Below are positions 40,801-54,000 of a stretch of 64,000 nt of DNA, piece by piece. The notes below the pieces were generated by a model. The model did not search any database. It was not told the origin of the DNA and saw nothing but the letters and a program-made list of their open reading frames with translations. Source of the DNA: Oculina patagonica (Eukaryota); NCBI RefSeq assembly GCF_052425735.1, contig NC_135758.1:1-64000 (forward strand), in the 5' to 3' direction. The translations under genes were made by a program, and so were the position numbers. Numbering within the stretch: position 1 is the first letter of the stretch; each line of letters begins with the position of its first letter.

Positions 40801-43800
40801 GAGGTCCATATTGAAGGGTATTCATAACTATAAGTATAAATGTACTTCAAACTGCAAAAGTGAACAAATACACAAAAGTCCCCTCAAAACAAGCAAACAA
40901 AAAAACCAGTGTGGATCTAAAAGATGGTATGATTTTTTCCATTCACGTGCTGGTTTTGTCTAGTAAGTTTAAACTTCAACAGCCCATTGAATAAGATTTA
41001 CCTGATAAGCTCTTGTCTCTAGAGTGATATCTTTCTGCATCGTGGAAGACAGTGCTGGTCTCAATGGTGATGAAGAACCAGCTTGGTTGAGATTTGTCCC
41101 ACTCAGAGAAGGCGATGGAATACCAGACTGTTGAAGACTGGCTGAACTCTGTTGATCAGTAGAGAGTTGTGGCTTGGTTGGAATGGAATTCTCTCTTGAA
41201 TCCAGCTGAGGAGGCAGTGGGATTGGCTCTGGTGTGATTTGCTAAAGGAAGGGAACACAACGAAAATTAGATATTAAGTTTTGCTGGATTTGTTCTTTTT
41301 GCCAATACTTTTATTATTACCTAATCCTACAAACCTTAGTTACTTGAGGCACAAGAGGCTGTTGTTGTGCTCGAGGTGACGGGTGCTGGAAGTGCCGCGG
41401 TGAACTATCCTCTAATGTTGTCACACTTGCTGAAGCTGATGCAGTGGTTGCTATGGTAATGGGTGTGGCCATAGGAGAGGATGACAGACTTGTCACGACA
41501 TGCTGTGTTTCCAATGGTGGACTTGGTGACTCACTGCTAGTGGTTGAACTAAAAGTGTTCATACTCACAGTTAACATAACAGCTACTGATAAAAAAGTTA
41601 TCAACTTCTCATTTGACTGATATTAGAAAAATAATTCACCTTTGCTCATCAGATCTGGTGTCTTCTACTTCAGGCAGAGGTGCAGGGAACTCCTGGTAAG
41701 TAAAGAAAACAAACTGTCAATGTAGACTCTATGAAATTTCTTTAAAAAAATATCTACACATATACTTTTACCACATCTAAAGACTAACTGAATTCCAACT
41801 CACCTCCTTTTTCCGTGGGCTACTGACAGAATCACCACCAAACTCCAAATTTCCAAACTAAAATCACAACAACATCAAAATTTAATATGTTTGTATCAGT
41901 AAAAAATCCCACCAGTAAAACAAGTTAAAGAAAACCACTCAATATGTTTAGCATGAAAGCATGAAAGTCTTCAGGCCAAATTCAGAAATCTTTGGAAGAC
42001 CTGTTCAACTTCTGAAGCATTCTAAAGTCTTCAGATCAACTTAAAAAAAAGTTGGGGACTACTTTTGGAAACCTTCAGAAGACTTCTTGTCAACTTTGGA
42101 AATCTGTCAACTCAAATGGAAAGAAAAGTAATAAGCACTCCTAGGACATACAATTTGAGATTTATTGTCCTGCCCTCCTCCAATCAGAATCCAGTTATTA
42201 TGTTAAACACTTACTTGAACATCAAGACTGTCATTCATTGATCCAGGCATCTCCACAGCTTGAACAGGAATCTGGGAACACACATCAACATCAAATTACT
42301 TTGTTTGTCATCAAATGTATGTACATACATAGAGGTATTGCTGAACAGATTCTATAATGAATTTCTACCCATTTGGGAAGGTTACCTTCCATTCATGACA
42401 GCAAACTCACTGCATGGACATGTATGTGAAAAATTTGCTATAATTATTGTAGTTTAATAAGCTAAGTTGCTCAGAACACGCTTCCAAAATAATGATTAAA
42501 TCTGACATCTCTTAGTACTTACTTGGCTTTTTTGTGACTTCTTTGTTCTGCTTGTCCGTGGCTGTCTTTGAGGCTGAGCTTGAACTGTTGTCAAAGAATT
42601 CTGAGGTGACACACCAATAGATGAAGACAGATTGACTTTGTCAAAGAGCTTACTGAGTGAGTCTTGATGGTTACGTATACCATGCAGCTCTCCAGGAAGT
42701 GGAATGCGAGGCATAGAAAACTCAACTGCAGAATACTGATCTTTACTTGTAGGTTGACTTGAAGCAAGTTTGGAATGTATTATTGCCATGTCAACACTAA
42801 AAAAAGGAAAAAGGCAAAGTCAGCCAGAAGTTACTACAATATTGGCCATAAAAAATGCAACACTTCAGAGATACACTCAAAGGATAAAGGCCCTCCCAGG
42901 GTTTTCAGCAGTTTTGTAAAGTAGCGGACATAGTTGAGAAAGCACCGGACTTGGAACTTTTCTTGGCGACGCAATGCGCTTCGCGAGTGCCGAAGGTGCA
43001 AGCACCTAGGGGGAGGTCTGCCCCCACGAAATTTTTAAAAAAGAACACTCAGAAATGCCGTTTCCAGTGTCCAGTGTTTCTGGAACCCAGGAATCAGTCT
43101 TCCAGGCAGGGCTGCAGTTAATAATAAAAATAAAAACTTTATTTATCCTGAAGGGCCAATCAGTGGGAGGGGGGAGGGGGGGGGGAGAATGGCAACAACA
43201 GAATTTTGAGTTGTTTATTATTGCAAATTGTTTCTGTTATCCTCTAGTCAGTAAGTTCATGAGATGCTTAAGTAAAAAAAATATAATGTTAAAAAAAACC
43301 CCAAACATTGTTATCAAAGTACTGGACGTGGAATGGGAAACGGCCGGACGATATGTCCGACCTCCGGCCTCAAACGAAAACCCTGAAAGTAACTGCAATG
43401 TGCCTAGGGTATATACTGTGCCTATACTCTCGGCACAATGCAGTTATTCAGAGTGACCTTTATCCTTCTGAAATTATCAACAGGAAATGGGTTTAAGAGA
43501 TAGACTTGATTTGCTACTTTCTTATCAACATTGATCAGTTTCTTAAAATCAGGAGTCAAGAATGCTAGCCAAAGTTCACCTCTCTGGTGTAAAGTGAGCG
43601 GTATTCTCAGGAACCTTCTGTCTACTGTCTGTAGTTGATGTTGTAGGGTCTGTCGAGTTACTGACTGACTGTGTGTCCACATCCCATGAGACTACAGAGC
43701 TGTCGGAGTTTGTTGGCCAGGAATGCGAGGATGAAACTGCATTGTTAAACAACGTATCATCTGTGCTTGATGTTACTGACTGTAAAAGATCATTACATGC

Positions 43801-46800
43801 AGTATATTAAACAGCTGGATTTGGAAACAACAATGCAGTTGGCAGCAAATCAAAACTTTTAGCAGACAGAATATTCACTATGGAATAAAACGGCTGATCA
43901 AACCATTACTAGTAACATCAGCATTTTAATTAAAAGTGATTATAAAACGAACTTTTTGATTTTGAAACTTTGAGGCTAGCTATATCTTGACATTACCTGT
44001 TCCACTGGAGTCCATTCTTCAATTCCCCACTCTTCAGTGGTTGGTGGTATTAGATCTCCTGTGTCTGTTGATTCAACAACAAACTTGTCACAAATAAATT
44101 TTCCTGTCTTAAACCTGGTTTCTTTAGAATGTGCTACTCCTTATTCCCTTTAGTTGACATTTTAGAGTGGCTTTCAACTGAGTGTCAAAAGCAATCAGAA
44201 TTTGCTTTGGGTCAATTTCTCACTAGTTCACTGGATTGCTTGTGTCTGTTGCAATTTGCCATGAGTTTGGTTTTTACAACACTCAGTTGAAAACCGTTAG
44301 ATGTTTTTCACTAGAAAAGATATCAATATTTAAATGTCCAGAACAAATGAACCACAATGAAAAAAGTATCGCCATCAGGAAAGAGAAGTCTTTTACGCAT
44401 TAGAACTGAAAGCGTATCTCATAGAGCTTGTAAGAAAGTCTCTAAACCATCCAATATATCTACTCACGTTCTGTCTCCTTCTCTTTTGAAATGTCATCTT
44501 CATTATCTCCCCACATCTCAGTACCTGGTCAAAACATATAAAACATTTATAAATCTTTTTGTTTAAGAACAGTATTCACATGTACAATGTAACTTACCAT
44601 TCACTGATGGTCCATTTACGGCTGTGGAATTTGAAGCATTTCTGTTTCCTCCACCAAATCTGTTGGGTCGATCTCGACCACGAGATTGGAATGATCTCCT
44701 AAACATTTTGTGAACAAAAAACAATGTCATCAAACAGTGCATAATAGTATTTTAAGGGCCCTATCAACCCTCCAAGTTTACTTTTTTCCTAAGTGGCCAT
44801 TTGGCCACCAACTACTCAAGTTTTGGTCGCCAGTGAAAAATTTTAGTCACCAAATTAAGCTGATGCTTTCAATCATTCCTCTCAATTTTAGTCGCCAGGC
44901 TGGCGCCCTTGGTTCAAATTTAGTCGCCAGCTCCAAAGTTTTAGTCGCCATGGCGACTAAAATGGTCTAAAGTTGGAGGGTTGCCTATGGGTATCTTACA
45001 GATTCAACATCCTGTATAATATTCAGCATAAAGTGATATCAGTCAAAACTCTGGCCCATTTCCTCTTTTAAGTGCATGGGATACTTATTTCTTTTGTATG
45101 CGATGTATCGAGTGTTTTCCCATGTTTGGTACCAGTGACAGCTGTAAATGAACCTGCTTCATGTTCTGATTGAATTCATCACATTATTATTATTATTATT
45201 TTTTGTGATCTGCCACATGTGGTTACTTTGCCATTGGTTCTTTGCCAGTCATGGAAACTGCTTTAAAAACAAAACACCAAACAATAAACAAAAGTAAATA
45301 ATAAACAAAAGCCTTCTCACCCTGGCCTGCCACCTCCTCTTCCACCCCTCCTTGGTGGGCCACCTAAAATAGAAATGAAATCAATCGGTCGGTCGGTCAG
45401 TCAATACAGTGCCATTCCGATTTTTCAAAACCACTGATTTCTTGAACCCCCAATAACTCGCACCAAAAGAGTTGTTTCCCTTGGACTTGCTTCACTCAGT
45501 CAAACACAACAATTTTACTCCCAATTTCTAGAACCAATTTTTGTTTCCCTTGGAGGTTTAAGAAACTGGGACTCCACTGTATTTATAGAATCCAATCTGT
45601 TTCCAATACTGAGGATAAGTTTTGTGATAAACCAAACAATGGCAGTAGAGATACTGTTAAATAACAAACTTTTTAGCCAAGGAACACTATCATAGTTATA
45701 AGAAAGCAAGGTACAAGATACGTACCTCTGCCACCAGGTTTGCGATCATTCCATCTATCCTCCCTTGAGCCTCTTCCACGTCCACTCTCTCCAGCATTTC
45801 TGTCATTGTTGTTAACTGTTCCTTCATTCTTATTATCTTTTTCTGAACTGTTTTTGTGCTCTTCAGACTGTCTACTCCTCCCTAGGTACAATGCAGAACA
45901 AAAGGTAATAAAAGTTAACAACCACGCAGATAGCAAGCCAAATAAATACAAAAACCAAGGCACTGCAACAAATATGAAATACAGAATTTGTCCTTTAAGT
46001 AAGCTAATAGCTACAACCATAAGACCAGGGGTCACCATCACTTGAATTTTTTCACAGGCAAAAAAAACATTCAAAAAAATGTTTAACTTATTGACGTGCA
46101 CAACAATGAACCACTTTTTACCAACAGCTTCCTAATAAACACAACTTTAATACAGTTTGAAAGACTAACAAGTGTTTCAAGTGTACCTTTTCCTCTAGGC
46201 TGTCGCGGCCCTCCTGGTTTAGATGATGTTGGTGCTGTAGTCGTCGGTGGTGTTGTCTGTGATGTGGGGATGATTGTATCTATGCCTTGAGTGACAGGAG
46301 TTTGATGTTTCTTCTTTTTGTTTGTTCTCATAACCCATTCAGTCTGCAAAAGGTAGGAATAAAAAGACTGTGCTTAAGCATAGAGAACCATCAGGTTGGT
46401 GCTACATGATCCCATGTAGTTCTTTTGAGTAAGTCGCTGTTAGCAGTGGTTCAACCATAATTAGCTTCAAGATTTTAGCATTAAGTATAGAGAGCTAAAA
46501 ACTGCACATAGCAAAGATTGACTGTGTTTGTTATATAAAAGGAACTGGTACAAATTTAAAAAATGGAATGAAACAAATTGCCTAACATGATACATTGCAG
46601 AGAAGAAAACCTAATTAAGTTGAGGTGTCCAAAAATCAAACAATATCCCATACCTGATCTTGTCGTCCTTCCAATAGAGCATTAATTGCAGCTTCAGTGT
46701 CAAAATTACAATCATGAAGAGCAATGCTCACAGTGTCGTAATTAAAACCTGTCACATCAGACACCTAACGGAGAAACAATGTAAACAATTCTTTAGCAAC

Positions 46801-48066
46801 TGCACAAGTGAATTTGACAAGCTGAGTACTTTTTGATTGCAAAGAAAACACATGGTCATGGGTGCACAATTAAAAAACAAAACTGGTGAAGGTGGCACAA
46901 TGAAGCTTCATTTCCCATAAGTATGTTAGTTCTCTCTTGTCAATATTGCTAATGATGGACAGCCAAAGTAGTATCCTACAGAGTTGCTTACATAAACCAC
47001 TGTGGAAAAATGCCCTTTGACCTTCTTTACAGGCCCTATTTCCCAGTTATGATTACTTGTATTGTGCTGCACCACTATCAGTTTACCTGCTTGATCTTGT
47101 CTTTCATTGCTTTGGAATCTTCTGTATTTAAAAGCTGGGCATATCTGATTTGTTCTGCAGTAGGCTGTAAAACAACAAAAAACCCTAAGCATACCAACAA
47201 CACTATAGTATTGTCCATGGTACTTCTCAGATGCGCTGAAAACTTTGTAACTAAAGATGGTTGAGGCCTTTGTAAGCACAGTGCTACCAGCTCCTTATGA
47301 ACTCACTCACCCAATCCAGTTATTTGGAGACAAGTTCTACCAAATAGTGTAAATCAACTCACGATATGACTAAAAACTCATGAACTGACTGGTAAAATCC
47401 CATACTGAATTTCAGTTGAAACATTGATTTCTAACTCCTTGCTTTACCATTTTTGTGACATATTTTTTGCATAATATTTTTAGGGTGGAATTCACTTGTC
47501 ACACATGAATTTTGCTATAGTAATGAACAGATTACTGTATCATGTACACCAGAATACAATACAATTGTAAAGAATTAACCTGATGGGGGTAGACATAACT
47601 TAACTAAATGGTAGAGTATTTGGCTATTCAAACTTCCTAGTAGATGTCAGTATTTCAAATTTATCTTTGGAATAAAACCACAAAAGTGGTTGATATTTTC
47701 TGTTTTGTTTACATTAATGGATTAATTTAAAAGCTTTGAAGAAAGCTTATATATTCTACCTGTAATGAAGAAATTTCAAAGCAATTCATAAATTTTACAA
47801 TAAATTTTTGGTTTTGTGAAGTTATCAAGTGAAGTGTCTGTGAAAATCAATTTATAAATGAAGTATAATTAGATACAACATGCCATCAATTATTATGACT
47901 TAGTAACCACCATCAAGAATGGATTTCAATATAGCTTAACTCAAGTTTAGTGAAATAGCTCGAATTAAGGCATGTGGATTAAGGGAACAGGCATATTTAC
48001 CTTTTTAGTAGTCATACCGTCTGTGTGTTTGGTTTGTGATGTTGGTACTGCTGTTCCTCCTTTCAT
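37804..48066 (-). CDS. UBAP2L: Ubiquitin-associated protein 2/2-like (Lingerer family), ~25 exons
   Basis: Start exon ~48001-48066; PTAEQIRYAQL (47086-47163); UBA-like VSIALHDCNFDTEAAINALLEG (46654-46764); RGG exons ~44600-45880; IPVQAVEMPG...LDVQ|FGNLEFG (42216-42271, 41804-41856); YGYEDLQ; KFGRTDASSPVP; His/Gln-rich last exon ending FWSGTN* at 37804. Internal exon bounds are approximate; putative 5'UTR exon near 48982-49040. Confidence 0.9.
39705..39990 (-). mobile_element. tRNA-derived SINE
   Basis: Minus strand has a decayed tRNA head followed by ttgggcaagacactttactctcacagtgcctctctctacccaggtgtataaatgggtacc, a body typical of cnidarian SINEs. Confidence 0.7.
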
Positions 48067-49353
48067 TTTGCTGGTTCCCTATCTGTACAGTATATACAAA
48101 GTATGTACAACGTTCCTGTAAAATAAAATAAAATACAAAATATCGAATGAGGACGTTCATAGGGTATTAGACATTAATTTCAAGGTTATATGGATTGAAT
48201 TCTACCCTCCTGGCGAAATTCAGAAGTGAGTTGTTAGAACGGAAGTGCACACATACGTCAAAGGCATATTTAACAGTTCACCTTATTCCTTGCGAAATAA
48301 AGGCAGTCCTTCAATTTTTTTCTCGTGATTAAGGGAAAGGATATTATTCTATTTTAAAAGGGATTGAGAAAACAAGAAAATCTAGGCGTGTAGTCCACAG
48401 AAAATGACAACGAACTACGATTGAGTCACAAATCCAAAATGGTGAATGACTACCATCAAGAAGCTAAGTACACTCCGCCACGATGAGACATAAAATTCGA
48501 CTTTTCAGGCGAGTCAAACCCAATCCAGTCATCCAATTCACTGAACATTATCCGTATTTAAACGGAAGGGGTAGCTATGCTCTTTATAAAGTAGAAATAT
48601 CGTTCAAAACATCAATAAAATGACAACTTGTGAGTCCCATTGCATTGGCATTTGCCTTGTACATGTGCCGATCACTGAAGGCAAACTTTCGTTTCTTCGC
48701 TCCTCGCTACAGACCTCCACATTCAGGACGCGCAAGGCAATCAACAGTACAGACTTCAGATGAAGATTTCTTCCCATACCGAGGCAGGGTGAAATGATTA
48801 GCAAAGGATACGTCCTTATACGTGTTTCCTGCGTGGAATTAAACCCAGGGTGTACGACAAAAATGCAACAATATTTCTCCGCCTCGCGGCCGTAAAATCG
48901 CAAGATCCATGTAAAATACGTAAACTTCTCGGTTAACACTTGGTTATCGTTTAAAAATCCATGAACATGAAGAGATACTTACGTATAATTTTGCTGGAAA
49001 TTAGAAGCGAAGACTTTTGCCGCTGCACAAGACATGCAGGACACAATACATGCGTTTGGCGAAATTTGTGAGGTCACGTGCTACATAATTTTGGCGCGCT
49101 CTCGCGGGAAACTGGTACCGAATAATCATCAGCAGGAAACATCACTGCATCTCCGGTATACCGGTACCCTCCCCACAACCCAAATCGCTAGTGATTTTTT
49201 GCTGGCTTCCGTTTTTCTCGGAAAACAATGGTATATGCGCCAAAGTTCCAACGTCTTGTGGGGTTGCAGTTTCTGCTGTGGCTGTGCAATCATATCCTGG
49301 AAACGCGCTTAGACATGTGCCTAGCTGTTCGGGTACTAATGTTGTCCTCTGCC

Positions 49354-49532
49354 TAGCCTGCGAATACAACCGCCTCTCATTCGCTCCCGCTACTACGTTC
49401 GCTCTTCGTAGCGGGAGCGATGAGAGGCGGCTGTATTCGCAGGCTACGAATACCCCCCCCCCCCCTCCCCCCCCCCCCCTCCCCCCCTCTTCGTAGCGGG
49501 AGCGAATGAGAGGCGGCTGTATTCGCAGGCTA
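49354..49532. mobile_element. Palindromic tagcctgcg...cgcaggcta MITE with duplicated right half
   Basis: Hairpin at 49354-49446 and a repeat of its right arm at 49488-49532. Confidence 0.7.
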
Positions 49533-49559
49533 CCCTCTGCCGTTTACGCTCTCTCATCC

Positions 49560-49680
49560 TCTCGCTTGTTTATTAAAATAGCGCTTACAAACATCTTTGT
49601 CGCGTAACAGAGGCCTACCAGCAGGTCGTGAGCCTGTGGCAAGCTCACCGTACAGCATGTCCTTCAGGAGTCGGTTATCT
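49560..49680 (-). mobile_element. RTE-type LINE fragment
   Basis: RLLKDMLYGELATGSRPAGRPLLRDKDVCKR resembles an RTE ORF C-terminus. Confidence 0.7.
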
Positions 49681-51078
49681 ATAATAAAACGGGTAATTTG
49701 ATTCATATTCGAGCGGAAACTTAATTGTTTCGCCAATTTCTGTTGACGAAGAGTTAGTCCTCATGCAATCTCGTTCCGATCCCAGCACCACTTCCACTAA
49801 TCATTACGTAGTCGAACCTTCAAACGGGTAGGCATTTTTGTCGCCGATCGTCCTCAAGTTGCTGAAGTTGCATATTTCACCCTTAATAGAAACCTCCCCG
49901 CAACGGCCCCTTATGGGTCCTTTGTAGCTTACGGTCTAGACTTTCAATAAAGTCCGCTTCGCTCGCTTAATTACCGTGTAAACTACTGTGAAAACTAGTG
50001 AGGTCGACTTGTGGCAAGTCTTCTTACGGTCATGCAGGCCAAGCTACGCTCTGGGACATTGACAAAGGGGGCGTGATAAAACCAATCAGGTTTGAAAATT
50101 TTGCTGATTCTCAAACCCGCAAGAGGGATTGGCGTACCATGGGCTCGTGTAGCCTGAATTTCAGACGTATGAACTATGCTTAACATACAGCTTCCTCAAT
50201 GTCTTGGAAGGGGTGCTCGTGGGCGGCATCTCTGATTCTCAGAGATGCGTGCAGGCTTTCCCCTTTCATTTTTGCTCCGCCGGTCGAGCGCTACGGAAAG
50301 CCTGTTCGCAGGCTAGGAAATATTGTACCCTAGTTACTGAGCCGAAATGCGTAATCAGCCGTCAGAGGCTTTGTCTACTGTACTGATTTCCAGTGATATC
50401 AAGTCAATGACCAGAAGACATCATCACAGGGTTTTTAATGGGCCAAATTTGGGCACGGTTGATAACTACAGAATTAGTGGATATCACTGGGTGTCTGTAC
50501 AGGATATGTAAAGGCACATTTGGAAGGCATCTTAGAAATAACCAACGCACACAACTTAAAAGTTGACGAGCTTTATTAAGTTTGCTGCAAACGGTCGTTT
50601 TAATATAACATCTCAAAGGCCTCAGCCCAACGTAAAGACAAAAAAAAAATGTTAAAAAAATTGCACTAATCACTTGACTATGTTACACATGATTTGGCGT
50701 CTTGCAGTAAAGCTTAATTTGGAAATCCTTGTTAAAAATCTGCGTTTTCCCCTTATATTTCTAATAAGAGTCCTCTAATGTTCAGATTTGATACACGAAG
50801 CGGACAGTACTTTAAAGATTCCCTGTTTTGTGAGAAATAGTGAAAGGGTATAATAAAATGAGCCAAGGGTTTAAATGACGTTTTCTTAAAAGTACGTTCT
50901 TACTAGTAAGAGGAGTGTTTAACATTCTTTAAATTGCCTCTTTCCAAAAAAAAGTTTAAAACAAAAAAACACGATTTTTCAGAAAAGCCCTCAGTAAATA
51001 GAGAGGATAAACAATTTGAGGTCTGGAGTCCTGTACAACTAAACATGTGACGGTAAAGATTCTTCCGCTGATCAGTCT

Positions 51079-54000
51079 CTAATAATTCTTGCCTGAATAC
51101 TGTCGTACACTGCAAAACAAAAACAAATATCCTTAGTTGTACCTTACAGCTACACAGTTATCACAAAATACAAGTACAACTTACAATTAACTATTTCTGT
51201 CATTGATAGCATTGTCTAACTCAAAGTGGAATGAAAGCTGTTACCCAAGTTTAGCTGAAAATTCATTACTGATGAAAGTTGTTGCTATAAAAGTCTGTGC
51301 AAATTTATTTGTAAGTGCAGTCAGACCTCCTACATCCAGGAACCTTTGGGTGCATGGTTAAGTGTACAAGTTGAAAAAAAAAAAACGAAAACGAAAAAAC
51401 TGTGCACTTATAAATGATCAAACAACTCAAAAAAGTTTATGGCAAAGATGTTCAGCTTAAGCCCAGGCCAAATGAGGATGAGAGTTGACAAGAGTTAACT
51501 CTCATGAGAGTTTTCGTCAACTCTCACTGACTGTCATCAACTCAGGCCAAACGAGAACGAGAGTCTGTTAAACTATTATCGACTCTCGTGAAAATTTGAG
51601 CATGTTCAAAGTCGATGAGAGCACATGAGAGTCGATGAGAGTGCATGAGAGTTCCATACCAAATGAGAGCAAGAGTTTGAACGCTCATCAACTCTCGTCC
51701 TCGTTTGGCACGGGCTTTAGAGAGGAAAGAGAATGAGTGCCACAAACAATCATACCCTCACCTTTGTTGGAGGAGAAACTGTGCAAAATTAATCTGTGAT
51801 TGGTTGCCTCCAATGGTGATGATCCTGTCATTAGAGCCTGGAAGAGGATCATCGATCTTGATGTTTGCACCGCTACGCTGTCTGTAAGATAAACCAACAA
51901 ATTAGCAGTGAGAGGAGTACAAGCAGATGCACTAGGTACTGACGTTATTTTCTTACCTTATTTGTTTGATTCTTTCTCCTCCTTTTCCGATAATGGATCC
52001 AGCCAACTGTAATAGTCAATAAAATACACATCACTGATGATTGCAGTTCAAAGTTCTTCATACACAATGTAGTCTATTCCATTTTACCTTTTTTGTCAGA
52101 CACCACACACACAATGGTGAATGTAATTCACAACAAATTAAAATTATAATGGAGCAAACAAAAAAGGCCTACCCATGCATGACAGAACAACATAATTTAA
52201 ATGGGTATATTTCAGATATGATGTGACTGAAAACATGAAGGTGAAGGTGCACCAGGGAAACATTTGCATCTGAAGTGAGTTGGTTGGTATTGGACTTTGA
52301 AATGTAACTATGCTAAACACTGTCTAAAAACATTCAAATTTGACACAATTCTGTAAACCAAACTGCTTTTGGTTGATAGTTACAAAAGTTTAACTATGCT
52401 ACTTACATCTTTGGGGATGGTAACTTGTGTTGAAGTTTGTTCCCCTCCAGGTTGCACCCCACCTCCTCCTTGATTCCACTGACCTTCAGCCAAACAAAAT
52501 AAAGAAAATAATAAAAAACACACATTCAAGGAGTTGCAGTGACCATTTTTCCTCTACTACGCATGTGCAAGTTTATTTTTTCCCGAAACTACAGAAAGAT
52601 GTATCAATTAAACCAAAAGAATAATTAAACAAAAGCATTATCAAAGCAACAGAAACAATCTTTACCTCCCATATCTCCGCCCATGTTTGCACCACCACCC
52701 TGCAAGACAAAAAATAATTGCAATAAATATCTACAAAAGGATAACATCATAACCTAATAAGGGCACTTTTGAGATGACTCAACATCCTCTTGGAGAATGT
52801 CACTTTTGAATCTCTTAGAATGAGAAAACTGCAAACTGTGGAAATACAGAAAGGAATGTAACTTACAAAATCTTGTGAGAAGTTTCCTCCATATCCCATG
52901 TCGCCTCCGCCAAAATTACCACCACCGCCTCTTCCACCACGACCTCCACGTCCACCACCCCCTCTACCACCTCTGTCTCTCCCTCCACCCCTTCCTCCAC
53001 CTCGACCTCGTCCACCGCCGCCGCCACCAGCTCCATAACCACCACCATAGTCCCAGTCATTCCCTCCTCTGGATGGATCATACAAAGACACTGGCCCTTT
53101 TAAGGGTGTCTAAATTGAAAACAAAATAACAAAATACATTTCAAAAACTATACGAAAACATTAGACAGGTTGTGAACTACATGCATCTTCTACAACAGGT
53201 AGTTGGCTAAACAACCATCTACTTCATGCTTCAACCATCTACTTGTGAAAGATAGCAACTACACTAAATTGTTGTAAGAACCCTTTAAAGCAATAGGAAC
53301 GTAAATCAAGTGCAGCAACATCGTTAACATGTAGCAATAAAAGCATCAGGTTGCTTGGTCCAGCAATAACGTCATGAACTGGACACGAAATCCATACAAC
53401 AGGGGGTAGAGTAGAAGGTTGTGATGCCAAGCTTGTTTGTTGCAAGTTGATTGCTATGAACAGAGTAACCAGCAACATTCACCAAGTAACAGTCGCCAGC
53501 TTTTTTGAAAACCCCGATACACTGCGCTCACTTGCTGAACTTGTAGCATGACAGTCTTTTGCCATGCAGATGTAAACAAACCTTTCAGCTAATACTTATA
53601 GTCAAATTAATTTGAAGAAGAAGACTATTGTGTTGTCCTTGACAAATCAAACCTGCCTAATGGATTAAACTTAAATACCACCAGTTTTCTTGCTAGAAAT
53701 GCTTACTTCATTTAACTGGTTAATCACTTCCCGCGTGCAAGCCACTATCACATCATCAGTACCTGTAGAAAATAATCCCACAGTGTAACATCAGATAAAA
53801 TAGAACAGCAAACAAAATGCTATAATAGCAATAAATTACTTTTTCTAATGTAAGCAGCACAACTGACAAGAAAAAAGAACCCACCACGAATAGAGACAAT
53901 TCTTTCTGTTGAATTTGGTAAACAATCAGCGAAAACCTAAAAAATAATGATACAGAGTGCTTTATTGTTAACGCATGATGGTTTTCTGCAAACTACTTTG

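Noticed and set aside
51110-51761. miR-7, which lies in the last HNRNPK intron in bilaterians
   Set aside because: No TGGAAGAC on the sense strand; the intron contains a MITE instead.
52211-52275. C/D-box snoRNA-like segment (atgatgt...ctga with terminal stem)
   Set aside because: It is antisense to the host gene, the C box is imperfect and no rRNA guide was recognised.
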